Below, piece after piece: positions 39,644-51,000 of a stretch of DNA of 64,000 nucleotides. The notes beneath the pieces are model-generated. The model saw only the letters and a list, made by a program, of their open reading frames with translations, was not told the origin of the DNA and made no database searches. Source of the DNA: Firmicutes bacterium CAG:345 (GTDB lineage: Bacteria > Bacillota_I > Bacilli_A > RFN20 > CAG-288); NCBI GenBank assembly GCA_000433315.1, contig FR893385.1:29667-93666 (forward strand). The letters are read 5' to 3'. Both the position numbers and the translations under genes were made by a program. Within the stretch, counting starts at the first letter, position 1. Each line of letters begins with the position of its first letter.

Positions 39644-42172
39644 CTATTCCACAATTTCGATAGATATTTTATTTGTTTTATCTAGCATGTCATCTCCGAT
39701 AAAAATATTATTTTTTTCTATCTTCTTTCCATTTAACAATATATTTCTTTCAATTAAATTTTCTTTTCTATAAGAAACTACAATAATTGTATTATTAACT
39801 TTTAAAGAACATCGACATTTTTCTGATGGATAATAATTTTTTATATTAATATTAACTCCATTTAAATTTGGCTCAATACCAAAAGATCCTTTTATTAGAG
39901 TTTTTATCAATGTATTAGCTGATCCAGTATACCAATCTGACATAGATTCGCCATCCATTCCTTCTTCTACATTATAAGAATATGAATTTGGCATTACACA
40001 AGGTGTAGTTGTCAAAATGTCATGCGTAAAAGGCAATATCTTTTCTAATTGATCATACGCCATTTTTTCTTCATTCAAATAAAAGCAAGCAAGAATTCCA
40101 AATAAGGTTCCATGTATATATGTGGCACCATTTTCTGCTGTTCCTTTAGGAAGATTAATAATTCTACCTACACCTTTACAATTTTTTTCAAAATATGGTT
40201 CAAAAGTTTTAAAACCATATTTAGAATCTAAATTACTAAATGCCAAAAGCAAATCATTTTTATCCAAATAATTTTCTTCATTCATCTTTGATATTACATA
40301 AAAGGCATTAGCGGTTAAAGAAGAACGAGATTTATTATCAACGTCGCAAAAACTTCCAACATAATATGATTGATTTTCTCCCCAACCATGAACTATTTTC
40401 TTAATTCCGTCTTTTTCAACAACAGCATTATCTTTTACACCTTTTTTTATAAGTTCTCTTTTTTCTTTATAAAGTTCAACTAAGTCCTCTTTAACATGAA
40501 GTTTTTCTAAAATTTCTATCATTTGTTGAAGATTAGAGTAAAGTTGTAAAGTGGCCATTATGGATACACCATTGCCATATTTTTCCTTTGGATCAGAAGA
40601 TATTCCTAAACCATCTAAAGCATCATTCCAGTCTCCATACATTGCTCTTAAACAATTCGTATCATTATCAATATGTTCAATAAGATAATTCATAATTTGA
40701 ATCATATGATCCAAAACAGAATCAATTCTTGAAGAAAGAACAACACCATCATTTTTCCGATCGTAATATCCTATTTTTTCTTCAAGAATAGAATAATCTT
40801 TAGTATATGATAAATAGGTATAAATAGTCGATATTATCCAAACACCCTGATCTATAAAATCTCTTAAATCCATAAGAGGAACACCATTTTTCGGTGGAAT
40901 TGAATATTGACGAGGTGGATTTCCTGAGCTATCAATAAAACTCAACACTTCAAGAATTTTTCTTCGACAAGCTTTAGGATTCCAAATTAAAGCCGCTTCA
41001 ACTTGTTGCATAACATCTCTAACGCCTAAAAACATAGCACCAGAATTTTTTGCTAAGCCACAATATTCAGTTTGATATATTACATACTTCAAAAATTGAT
41101 TAAATATAGTTGTATTTACCTTTTTATCTTTCCATCCTTCAAATTCAAAATTCAGCATATCAGTAGAAGAATATTTATTTTTATTAAAATCAACTTCTTT
41201 ATTCTTTTGTTCCTCTATATTTTGAAAATTTGGAAGATTATTTTTTATACAAGTATATTCATCTAAATTATGAGCATACGCCATTACATAATTAATAATA
41301 ACCCACTCTTTAGAATTTAAATTATATTGATTAATATCCCCTTCTATCGCTGTATCAGTAAATAAAGTTGATTTTTTTTGTTTCTTAAGAGTTCCTTCTT
41401 TTAATGAAATAGAATTGACTAATGAATTTTCTAAACTTCCATTAAATTCTTTTTTACTAGTTGTATTGGTAGAAAGACTTAAATTTCCGAGAACAAATTC
41501 TCTTTTCACTATTCCATAATTATCAATATGAGTATGTCTATCTATATCTTCCGGAGATTCAAAACTAAAAATATCATTGTTATACGAACATTTTTTAAAC
41601 CATTTGGTCTCCATGCATTCGCCATTAGCATATTTAAATAGACAATTCATATAACTAGAAAGATAAATATGTTTAAGTTTATTCGTTTTATTTTTACAAA
41701 ATACAGTAAATGAAACCTTTTTATCTTCAGTAACATAAATTCGACATCCACTTAAAAAAGAAGAAGTTTCCAATAGATAATACACGCATTCTTTAGAATA
41801 AACGGTGTATCTTTTAATATTTTTTTCTTCTGGATTTTTAGCTCCGCCTAATATTGAATATGGAAAATATTTTCCTTTTTTATCTTCTCCTAAAAAAAAT
41901 GCTAAATATGGTTCTCTTCCTTCTGGAGAAGGCAAAACTAAATAAAAAGTTGATTCGTTAATTGAAATATATCCAGAAGAATATGCCCATAAAGTAAAGC
42001 CATCGTGTCCATATGGAAAACGACTAACACCATTTTTTCTTTCCAAAGATAAAACATTACCGTTTTTTAAAAAATATGTATTTTCTAAAATATAGTTATC
42101 TTCTGATTTATTTTTTAATGTTATTTTAATATCTTTTAGTAATTGTAGGATTTCTTGTTCAAAATTTTTCAT
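39644..42172 (-). CDS. GH94-like disaccharide phosphorylase (laminaribiose/cellobiose/chitobiose phosphorylase family)
   Basis: 842 aa; MYGDWNDALDGLG catalytic-region motif of (alpha/alpha)6-barrel phosphorylases; context of GH16 enzymes, a mutase and an ABC sugar importer. Confidence 0.6.
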   Translation of the reverse strand: MKNFEQEILQLLKDIKITLKNKSEDNYILENTYFLKNGNVLSLERKNGVSRFPYGHDGFTLWAYSSGYISINESTFYLVLPSPEGREPYLAFFLGEDKKGKYFPYSILGGAKNPEEKNIKRYTVYSKECVYYLLETSSFLSGCRIYVTEDKKVSFTVFCKNKTNKLKHIYLSSYMNCLFKYANGECMETKWFKKCSYNNDIFSFESPEDIDRHTHIDNYGIVKREFVLGNLSLSTNTTSKKEFNGSLENSLVNSISLKEGTLKKQKKSTLFTDTAIEGDINQYNLNSKEWVIINYVMAYAHNLDEYTCIKNNLPNFQNIEEQKNKEVDFNKNKYSSTDMLNFEFEGWKDKKVNTTIFNQFLKYVIYQTEYCGLAKNSGAMFLGVRDVMQQVEAALIWNPKACRRKILEVLSFIDSSGNPPRQYSIPPKNGVPLMDLRDFIDQGVWIISTIYTYLSYTKDYSILEEKIGYYDRKNDGVVLSSRIDSVLDHMIQIMNYLIEHIDNDTNCLRAMYGDWNDALDGLGISSDPKEKYGNGVSIMATLQLYSNLQQMIEILEKLHVKEDLVELYKEKRELIKKGVKDNAVVEKDGIKKIVHGWGENQSYYVGSFCDVDNKSRSSLTANAFYVISKMNEENYLDKNDLLLAFSNLDSKYGFKTFEPYFEKNCKGVGRIINLPKGTAENGATYIHGTLFGILACFYLNEEKMAYDQLEKILPFTHDILTTTPCVMPNSYSYNVEEGMDGESMSDWYTGSANTLIKTLIKGSFGIEPNLNGVNINIKNYYPSEKCRCSLKVNNTIIVVSYRKENLIERNILLNGKKIEKNNIFIGDDMLDKTNKISIEIVE

Positions 42173-43602
42173 TATTCATGTACCATGTTATCAATATGTT
42201 CTACATATTCATTAAGTCTTTTAACATATTGCTCTGCCTTTTCTTTTGTCCGCATTTCAACAAAAATTCGTAAAACAGGTTCTGTTCCAGAACGTCTTAA
42301 TAGTACCCATGAATCATCAGCAAAAATATATTTTATATTGCGATTAATTCTTTCAACTTTTAAAACTTCATCCGGAAAATCAATTGTTTCATTTTCTAAA
42401 TATGAGCAAACTTTTTTATCATCTTTGTAAGAAATACTATCTTCAATAATAACATGATGAAAATCAGCAAAATTTCTTACTTCTTCAATGACTTTAGATA
42501 AAGGTTTCTTCATTGCTATTAACATTTCAATAACTAACGCTAGAGCAAAAGTTGAATCTTTGCCATAAATATATCCACGCATAGTTAAACCGCCAGAACT
42601 TTCTCCACCGATTAATGCATCATATTTTTTTATTGCACTTGAAACATTTTTAAACCCAACATCAACTTCGTGACAAACAAAGCCACATTTTTGTGCAACT
42701 TTATCAAGAAGATTACTGGTAGCCAAATTTTTAACGATATCACCTGACATATGGCGATACTTAATAAAATAATAATATAAAGAAGCTAAAATTTCATTGC
42801 TATCTACATAATTTCCAAGTTCATCAAGCATTCCCAATCTATCAGCATCAGAATCAAGACCAGCAATACAATCATAATGATAATCATTCAGATATTTCCG
42901 ATCTTTTTCCATATTGTTCTTTGTTGGATTTGGCAACATATTTCCAAAAAAAGCATCATGATTATAATTGACAATTTTAATATTTTTAAAGCTCATTTTT
43001 TCAATAAGAGGAGATAATGAAGTAACACCTACACCATGTAAATCATCGATTAAAATATTAATATCGCTTCCTTGAATCTGTTGGTCCATAAAAGACTTTA
43101 TATTCTCTACATACTCATCAATAAATGATATATATTCAATGAATCCTTTAGATAATGCCTCATCAAAGTCGATTATTTCTACATTTTTTAATAAAGCAAT
43201 TTGCTGTTCTATTCGACTTGTTAAATTTATATCAGCATCCATGCCTTCTTTTTGAAAGACTTTAATACCATTGAAATAATAAGGGTTATGACTAGCAGTA
43301 ATCATAATTCCAAAATCATAACTTTCTTTTTTAGTTTTAAACATTACTGCTGGAGTTGGTGTCGGTTCTTTAGATATCAAAACCTTAATACCATTATAGG
43401 CCAAAACTTCGGCAATCCACTTAGCAGCATAATCGGACATAAATCTGTAATCATATCCAACAACTATAGGCTTTTCGCTTTTTTCAAACTTAACAATATT
43501 AGCTATAGCCTTACCAACTAATTGAATATTATCACGTGAAAAATCATCCCCGATTACACCGCGAAATCCACCTGTTCCAAATTCAATTTTTTTATCATTC
43601 AT
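42172..43602 (-). CDS. phosphohexomutase (phosphoglucomutase/phosphomannomutase family)
   Basis: GTGGFRG and TASHNPYYFNGIK active-site Ser motif. Confidence 0.85.
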   Translation of the reverse strand: MNDKKIEFGTGGFRGVIGDDFSRDNIQLVGKAIANIVKFEKSEKPIVVGYDYRFMSDYAAKWIAEVLAYNGIKVLISKEPTPTPAVMFKTKKESYDFGIMITASHNPYYFNGIKVFQKEGMDADINLTSRIEQQIALLKNVEIIDFDEALSKGFIEYISFIDEYVENIKSFMDQQIQGSDINILIDDLHGVGVTSLSPLIEKMSFKNIKIVNYNHDAFFGNMLPNPTKNNMEKDRKYLNDYHYDCIAGLDSDADRLGMLDELGNYVDSNEILASLYYYFIKYRHMSGDIVKNLATSNLLDKVAQKCGFVCHEVDVGFKNVSSAIKKYDALIGGESSGGLTMRGYIYGKDSTFALALVIEMLIAMKKPLSKVIEEVRNFADFHHVIIEDSISYKDDKKVCSYLENETIDFPDEVLKVERINRNIKYIFADDSWVLLRRSGTEPVLRIFVEMRTKEKAEQYVKRLNEYVEHIDNMVHE

Positions 43603-43620
43603 AGTATTACGCTTTCTATT

Positions 43621-44208
43621 TTAAAACTTAGTATATTTAAAGGAATAAATTGTCATCTTTGAATTTTCTTGTCTTTGTTCACCAGCCCAAGAAGGACACC
43701 ACGCTCCAATCCATACTTCCATGGCATGAGTTGGAACATTAGTTTCTATAACTGTTTGAAGAACATTATCTATATAAAATTCAACTTTTTTTCCGCAGTA
43801 CCAATCAAAACGATAGGTATGTTTTTCATTATCTTGAAGATTATAATTCAATTTTGAATTAATATGAGTAGAATCACTTTCTGAAGTATATGAAGAATAA
43901 ATAACATCATTAGAATTAAATGCTTCAATATCTATTTCATGGTTAACATTTCCATTATCAGCATAATAAAATGTCCAAAAAGCAGTTGCCACTCCACTTT
44001 TAGAAGTAGTGCTTGCTACAAATTCAAAACTGCCTTCTTCATATAACGCTTTGGAAATTAGGGCACCACCTACTCTATTTTTTCCATCTATATTAATTTC
44101 GGCATAACCTTCAGGAGTAAAAGAAACATTTTCTTCTTTTACTCCCCCATTTCCATCATTTCCCCATTTTCTTGTTACTGCGGTAAAACTTTTTTTAATG
44201 ATTGAGCC
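43621..44208 (-). pseudogene. GH16 catalytic domain separated from the upstream lipoprotein by a frameshift at a T7/A7 tract (44190..44196)
   Basis: In frame with GGALISKALYEEG...AFWTFYYADNGNVNHEIDIE (GH16 ExDxxE motif); no start or signal peptide; one extra A would fuse it to the 44175..45767 ORF. Confidence 0.6.
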
Positions 44209-45767
44209 TCATTTTCATTAATTCTATACCATCTAAAAGCAGAAGATGATTTATATATATTGTTTTCTTTTACCAAAACATTGATGGCATATACTCCAGG
44301 TTCTGTCGGAGCAGTTGTGCCTAAATTAGTTTCACCATCATCTTTGGTATAATAAACTTCATAATCAGCACCATCAGAGACTTTTACTGTAATTTCATAT
44401 GGAGTACCATAAGTAAATATTGTTCCATTTTCTATCGATATTTCAATAACGGCTTCTTGCAATTCACTTGGACTATCAATTACATACCAAACAAAGACGT
44501 TTTTTGCTTTAAAAGTTGCATTTTCTTTTACTGCAACATTGATAGCATATGTTCCTGGAGCTGTTGGTTTGTTTTGTCCAAGATTAGTTTCACCATCATC
44601 TTTGGTGTAATAAACTTCATAATCAGCGCCATTTGATACTGCAACTTCGATTTGATAATCTTCACCATAAGTAAAATGAGTTCCACTAGCTACAGAAAAA
44701 GATATTTCTGCATCTTGCTTTTCAGTTTTAGCAACAATTTCAAACCATCTCCAAGTTTTTTTATTATCAAGAGGAGCAACAAATTCATCATTTTCAATGA
44801 TTCTAACATTCACTGCATATAAACCAGGTTCTGTTGGAGCAGTTGCACCCAAATCGATTTCTCCATCATCTTTAGTATAATAAACTTCATAATCAGCACC
44901 ACTTGATACTGTGACTTCAATATTATATGGTTCACCTTGAGTAAATTTTGTTCCATTTTCTATAGAGAATGAAATTTCTGCTTCTTTTTTAACTGAAGGT
45001 GCTTTGATATAGTACCAAACAAATGCAGTTGTTGAACTATAATAAGCATTTTCAAGTGTAGTAACATTGATAGCATATAATCCTGGTTCCGTCGGAGCTT
45101 TAGAACCTAAATTAGTTTCTCCATCATCTTTAGTATAAAAGATTTCATAATCAACTACCGCATTAACTGAAACAATAATAGTTTTTAAATCATTTGTTAA
45201 TAAAGTTGTTCCGTTTGTAAATGTCGTTCCATCATCAAGAGTAAATGTAATAGTTGGCTTTTCTTTTTCTATTGTACTTTTAATATTTATAGTATAGTAC
45301 GCTTGATATTTTTCTTCATATTTAATAATAACATCAGTCTGTCCTTCTTTATTCATGCTAGGAGCTATAACCATATCCAATGTTACTGGAACTTCTTTTT
45401 GGCTACCATCAGAATAATTGACTAAAATTGTTAAACCAGTTATATCAAGTTCTTCGCCAATATTATATTCTGTTTTATCTGGGTAATTTCCAATTTCAAT
45501 AGAAGTAATACTGATAACATCAGTGCCCGATGATGATGTTGTTGAGGAAGAAGAGGTTGCTGAACTAGTACTAGAAGATGAACTAGGTTTACTAGATGAA
45601 GAACTACTTGAATTAGAAGAAATAGATGAAGAAGATGAAATTACGGAAGAAGAGGTTGGTTGAATCGTAGAAGTAGAAGAAGAAGATGATGATGATGATG
45701 ATGTAGGTGAACAAGATGCTAAAAGTGTGGCGACTGTTGCAAGTAAGATAACATTAAGCTTTTTCAT
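44175..45767 (-). CDS. surface lipoprotein with Ser-rich linker and four tandem ~95-aa repeat domains (likely N-terminal part of a GH16 enzyme)
   Basis: Lipobox LLASC; poly-Ser linker; four repeats ADYEVYYTKDDGETNLG..APTEPG.YAINV. Confidence 0.7.
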   Translation of the reverse strand: MKKLNVILLATVATLLASCSPTSSSSSSSSSTSTIQPTSSSVISSSSSISSNSSSSSSSKPSSSSSTSSATSSSSTTSSSGTDVISITSIEIGNYPDKTEYNIGEELDITGLTILVNYSDGSQKEVPVTLDMVIAPSMNKEGQTDVIIKYEEKYQAYYTINIKSTIEKEKPTITFTLDDGTTFTNGTTLLTNDLKTIIVSVNAVVDYEIFYTKDDGETNLGSKAPTEPGLYAINVTTLENAYYSSTTAFVWYYIKAPSVKKEAEISFSIENGTKFTQGEPYNIEVTVSSGADYEVYYTKDDGEIDLGATAPTEPGLYAVNVRIIENDEFVAPLDNKKTWRWFEIVAKTEKQDAEISFSVASGTHFTYGEDYQIEVAVSNGADYEVYYTKDDGETNLGQNKPTAPGTYAINVAVKENATFKAKNVFVWYVIDSPSELQEAVIEISIENGTIFTYGTPYEITVKVSDGADYEVYYTKDDGETNLGTTAPTEPGVYAINVLVKENNIYKSSSAFRWYRINENEAQSLKKVLPQ

Positions 45768-45781
45768 TTTACTTCCTTTCC

Positions 45782-46915
45782 TTAATATTTAAGCAAACTG
45801 TTTTCAGTATCAATATCGAACAAACATAAATTTTCAGTATCAAAACTAACTTTAATTTGATCTCCGAAATGGTGTTCAGTTCTACCTGGTTTTTTCATTA
45901 CAAATTCTGTTTCTTTCTTTGAAGAAATAGAATCAAAGTCGTTTTCAAAATTTAAAAATAATAAACATTCAGATCCAAGAGATTCAATGACATTTAGATA
46001 AACTGGTATTCCATCTTGATCTTCATAAACATTTTCACTTCTAATTCCTAAAGTTGCTTCAAATAAATCCTTATCTTTATATTCATCGATTAAATCAAGA
46101 TTACCAAGTGATATTTTATTTCCATTAATTATTTCTGCAAAATATTCACCATCTTCTTTAGTAATTTTTACTTTAAAGAAATTCATCTGCGGAGTTCCAA
46201 TAAAACTGGCAACAAATTTATTAGCTGGATGATCATATAAATTTGTTGGAGTATCAAATTGTTGAATTTCTCCATTTTTTAAAACAACGATTCGCGTTCC
46301 CATAGTCATAGCTTCTACTTGATCATGGGTAACATAGATAAATGTCGTTTTTAATTTTTCATATAACCGAATAATTTCAGATCTCATTTCAGTTCTAAGC
46401 TTTGCATCCAAATTCGATAAAGGTTCATCAAACAAGAATATATCAGCATCTTTTACAATTGCTCTTCCTAGTGCTACACGTTGTCTTTGTCCACCTGAAA
46501 GAGCACCTGGTTTTCTTTTTAAATATTCTTCAAGTCCTAAAACTTTACTAACTTCCTCTACTTTTTTCTTTATTTCCTCTTTTGGAACATGACGTAATTT
46601 CAGTCCAAAAGCGATATTATCGTAAACATCTAAAAAAGGATATAACGCATAATTTTGGAAAACCATAGCAATATTTCGATCTTTTGGTTCAACATCATTC
46701 ATATAATTACCATTGATATATAATTCACCGCTGGTAATTTCTTCAAGTCCTGCTATCATTCTTAAAACTGTTGATTTTCCGCAACCTGATGGTCCAACAA
46801 AAACAATAAATTCGCCATCTTTTATTTCCATCGAAAAATCTTTTACAACTGTAACATCATTTTTATAAGTTTTATAAATATTTTTTAATACTAAACCTGC
46901 CATAAACTGCCTCAA
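45782..46915 (-). CDS. msmK: sugar ABC transporter ATP-binding protein (MsmK/MalK-like)
   Basis: Walker A GPSGCGKST, signature LSGGQRQR, C-terminal TOBE domain. Confidence 0.88.
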   Translation of the reverse strand: MRQFMAGLVLKNIYKTYKNDVTVVKDFSMEIKDGEFIVFVGPSGCGKSTVLRMIAGLEEITSGELYINGNYMNDVEPKDRNIAMVFQNYALYPFLDVYDNIAFGLKLRHVPKEEIKKKVEEVSKVLGLEEYLKRKPGALSGGQRQRVALGRAIVKDADIFLFDEPLSNLDAKLRTEMRSEIIRLYEKLKTTFIYVTHDQVEAMTMGTRIVVLKNGEIQQFDTPTNLYDHPANKFVASFIGTPQMNFFKVKITKEDGEYFAEIINGNKISLGNLDLIDEYKDKDLFEATLGIRSENVYEDQDGIPVYLNVIESLGSECLLFLNFENDFDSISSKKETEFVMKKPGRTEHHFGDQIKVSFDTENLCLFDIDTENSLLKY

Positions 46916-48084
46916 TTATAAATCAATTCATCTTCATCATTTCTGGTCATAGAAATTATAGATTGATCAACAGATGTTGATATCGCTCCATATAAAACAG
47001 AAGTTCTTCCAATTTTTGTAAATTTAACTGAACATTCATTCGAAGATTTTTTTACTTCTTCTTCCACACATTTAAGATAATCTTCACCAAATAAAGAAAC
47101 ACGACCAGAAACCAAAATGTCTGAAATATTCAAAAGTTCTACAACATCTTTAAGACGACGGCCAAGAAGATGGGCCGTTTCATTTATATATTCATATAAA
47201 TCGCCTTTTTCTTCATATTTTTTAACAAGATCCTTAACTGTAAAGTGAGTTTCATATTTTTGGGCTGCATATTCTTTAATACTTCTTAAAGAAGAAAATT
47301 CATCTAAGGCATCTTCTTTTCCATGAAAATAGCAATGCATTAAACCAAGTTCACCTGCGTATCCTTCTTCGCCACCATAGAATTCTCCATTGAGAATGAA
47401 AGCTCCACCAATACCATTATCAACATAAGCGACCATAGCGTTTTGAGAATTCTTAAGTTCCCCATATTTCATTTCACCAATTATAGAAAGATTTATATCA
47501 TTATATTGATAAATTGGAACATCAAAATGGGTTTTGAATATTGCTTGAATATTATTTTTTCCTTCAAATAAATTTTTGTCAAACTGCTTAGATAATTGCA
47601 ATTCTCCAGTTTGTGAATTAACACGACCAGGAACAGAAATGATAATGTTTCTTAAAGCGATATCACGATAAAGTGGGTTTTGTAACATATCTTTAATATT
47701 TAAAACTATTTCATAGATAATACTTACATCATATCTATCTATCTCTTTTATTCTCTCTAAAAGAATTTCTTCTTTAATATTAGAGATAGTTATTGCGTAT
47801 CTATTATCTGATAACGAAACAACAATAATTAAACCATATGATTCATTTAAGGAATAAACAATCTGTTTTCTTCCTTTTCCAGATTCTGATTTTGTATAAG
47901 AAATTTTTATAATTCCTTGTTCTAAAAGTCCTTTCATAATTGAACTCATAGCAGCATTTGATAAAGAAAGTTTTTCTGATAATTCTGTGGCTGATAAATC
48001 TTCTTTTCTCAAAGCTTGAATAACTAATTCATTATTCAATGTTCTTGCATAAGTTTGATTTCTTCCAGTATTTAATTTTTTCAT
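46912..48084 (-). CDS. ROK-family transcriptional regulator
   Basis: N-terminal HTH (LSATELSEKLSLSNAAMSSIMKGL) plus ROK sugar-kinase-like fold. Confidence 0.75.
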   Translation of the reverse strand: MKKLNTGRNQTYARTLNNELVIQALRKEDLSATELSEKLSLSNAAMSSIMKGLLEQGIIKISYTKSESGKGRKQIVYSLNESYGLIIVVSLSDNRYAITISNIKEEILLERIKEIDRYDVSIIYEIVLNIKDMLQNPLYRDIALRNIIISVPGRVNSQTGELQLSKQFDKNLFEGKNNIQAIFKTHFDVPIYQYNDINLSIIGEMKYGELKNSQNAMVAYVDNGIGGAFILNGEFYGGEEGYAGELGLMHCYFHGKEDALDEFSSLRSIKEYAAQKYETHFTVKDLVKKYEEKGDLYEYINETAHLLGRRLKDVVELLNISDILVSGRVSLFGEDYLKCVEEEVKKSSNECSVKFTKIGRTSVLYGAISTSVDQSIISMTRNDEDELIYN

Positions 48085-48089
48085 GATGA

Positions 48090-51000
48090 TTACCCGATTG
48101 TATTTTTTTCCTTTCCGTTATAAGTACAAGCTAATACTTGACCTTCAAATAATCGTCCAACAACACCGCCTACTCTAATATCTCCAACGGTGTAAATATA
48201 ATTGTTATATCCTGTGATATTAGAATTTGTTTCATTTTCAAGATGACAATTTTCAACAATAGAATTACCTGTCATCATTCCTACAAGACCGCCAACAAAA
48301 TTTTTCCCTGAAACTTTAACATTCTTGATATTAATATCATATAACCTTCCGCTCAACGAGGCAAAAAGTCCAACACCATAATTTTTACTATCACTTGAAG
48401 AATCAATTAAAGCATATTCATTTTGCTTTATTTGATAATTGCTAATAGTGTGACCTAAGCCATAAATTGTTCCTGCAAAAGGATGTGATGTCATTCCATC
48501 TTTTGTAAAACCAATACCATTAATTAAATCATCTTGGAAATCTATATCTTTTGTTAAAACATAAGTTTTATTATAATTTTCATATTTTGAACTTTGGTAA
48601 GAACTTTCGTTTAAATTGAAATATTTATAGAAATCTTCTTTCGAAGAAATTTCAATAATATCATTTTCCTTTTCTTTAATACTATCTAATGTAAAAGCAT
48701 TATGAGAAAGATAATACCCACTTCCAATGAATAAATTTTGATTTTCATCTTCAAATATAAAATCTAATTTTTCATCTTTTTTATCTTCGAATAAATCTTT
48801 AGAAATAGTAATAATATTGCCATTTTGTTGATAGTTTACATTTTGTCCAAGGTAAGAAATATTTTTTATCTTATCACTAGGTAAAATAAATTCAAAATTT
48901 TTATCATCAAGATATATTGTAGAAAAATTTATTCTTTGAAGCTTTTTAATCGACACTGTAATTATTTCAGATCTAATTGTATTATTTTGATTTGATCCAT
49001 AAATCTGAAATGAATCTGCTGTTACATCTTCTTCAATATTCAATGTATCTCCAAAGACTGTAATACCCTCAAGATTTTCACCCAGAAGATGATAAACAAC
49101 TTTTTCAGTAGCATCTAAAGGAGATAAATTTGCTTCTAATTTATATGAACTACCTGCTGTAACATTAGTCAAAACATTATCCAAAGAAATATCTCTAATT
49201 CTTTTTCCGAGTTGAATGGTGATAGAAGAAAAATAAGTTTGCCCTTCAATTTCTATTGATGCATTAACGACAATCTCATTTTTACTAGCGTTTAATGTAT
49301 TGAGAATTTTTCCATTTTCAATCTTAGCACCACCATTTTTTTCAATGCTATATACTACTTTTTCTTCATACTCTTCTTGATAATTTCTAGGATAAATATT
49401 TACATTAAGATCAATTTTATCCCCAATATAATAATTATTTTTCAAAATATTTGGATCTATTTCAAATTTATTTACTGCATATTGTTTTAAATTTTCTTTT
49501 AAAGTTGGATAATCTGAATCTTTTATATTCCAATAATCTTGAGAAAAAACACTAGAATAGTCATAGCTTTTCATCTCTTGTTCAGTTAAAAACAAATGAT
49601 TTGAAGTGTCATCAATTGTTCCTAGTCCAGCAAAATTTTGCACATTATTTTGAACGCGAGCAAAACAATTTGTTATTTCGCCTTCATTTGATCCAATAAA
49701 TGCTCCATAATAAGTATCACTTCTAACATCGTTCGAACTATAGCAATTTCTTATTGTTCCAAAATTTGATCCCGCAAATCCACCAACATAACGATAGGCA
49801 CTTTCTCCACTAAAAACATCAAGATAAACATCGCTCCAACAATTTTCAATAATTCCAGAATTTGATCCAACTAATCCACCAGAATAAGAAGCGACATTTA
49901 AATTTCCTGAAACCCCTAAATTTCTTATTGTTGCTGAACTCGTAACATATCCAAATAATCCAGCATTAAAAGCATATGTATCTTTTTTATTATTCATCAA
50001 CAAGTTTGAAACAACATGTCCATTGCCATCAAAAGTACCTTTAAAGGCAAATCTTGTTGCAACATTAGAATCAGTTACATCGTTATATTGTCCAATTGGA
50101 ATCCAACCTTTGCCATCATTATATCCTTCACAATTTTCACTTAAATAAGAAGATAAATCTATATCATCCATCAAAATATAATATCCGGAAAGAGATTCTT
50201 CATTTTTATTAATGGATTGTAAATCTTCAGCAGTATAAATAAATTTTGTCGCAACTTCTACATTAATCGAAATAGTATTTCTTGCTGTTATAATTTTTAA
50301 TGTATTTTCACCATATGGAAGTGTGGATAAATATTTTGAAGATATCCTCAATTTCTTTTGATTTTTATCATACTGGTAATTTTCACTAGAAACAGGATTA
50401 TTTCTTGAAGTTGTCAAAGCGATAATTCCTTTTTCCTCAATATCTGGTATCTCAGAAAAATCAAGAAAATATATCGCATCAACATTTCCATTTTTCTCAA
50501 TAGCTTGTCTCGTATTTTCTACTTTTGCAAAATTTGATTTTATCGCATAAAATGTTTTTTCGCTTTGAACATTTCCATGTGTTTTGGCAACAACAGTAAA
50601 AGCTTGATCATTTAATACCGATGGCGCAAAATTTACTTTTCCACTAGAAGAATCAATTGATATTCCATCAACTTCATCCTTCAAAGAATAGGTAATAGAA
50701 TACGATAAAGAAGATTGTGCTGAAATTATTTCTCCATTCATTATATAATCTGTCAAATTATTAAAACTAACCTCTGACTGTCTATAATCATGAATTAATG
50801 TTACGACAATTGGTTCACTTTCTAATGTATCTTTTTTAGCTATAACCATCACTTGGAGATAATTAGGTATCATATCATCAAATTTAAAAATTCCAGTCTT
50901 TTCATCAAGGTAAATAGAATAATCATTTTTACCTATGATAAGATAGTTGACATCACTAACATTCTGCACAACAGAAATTTTTTCCCCTGAATGAACTATA

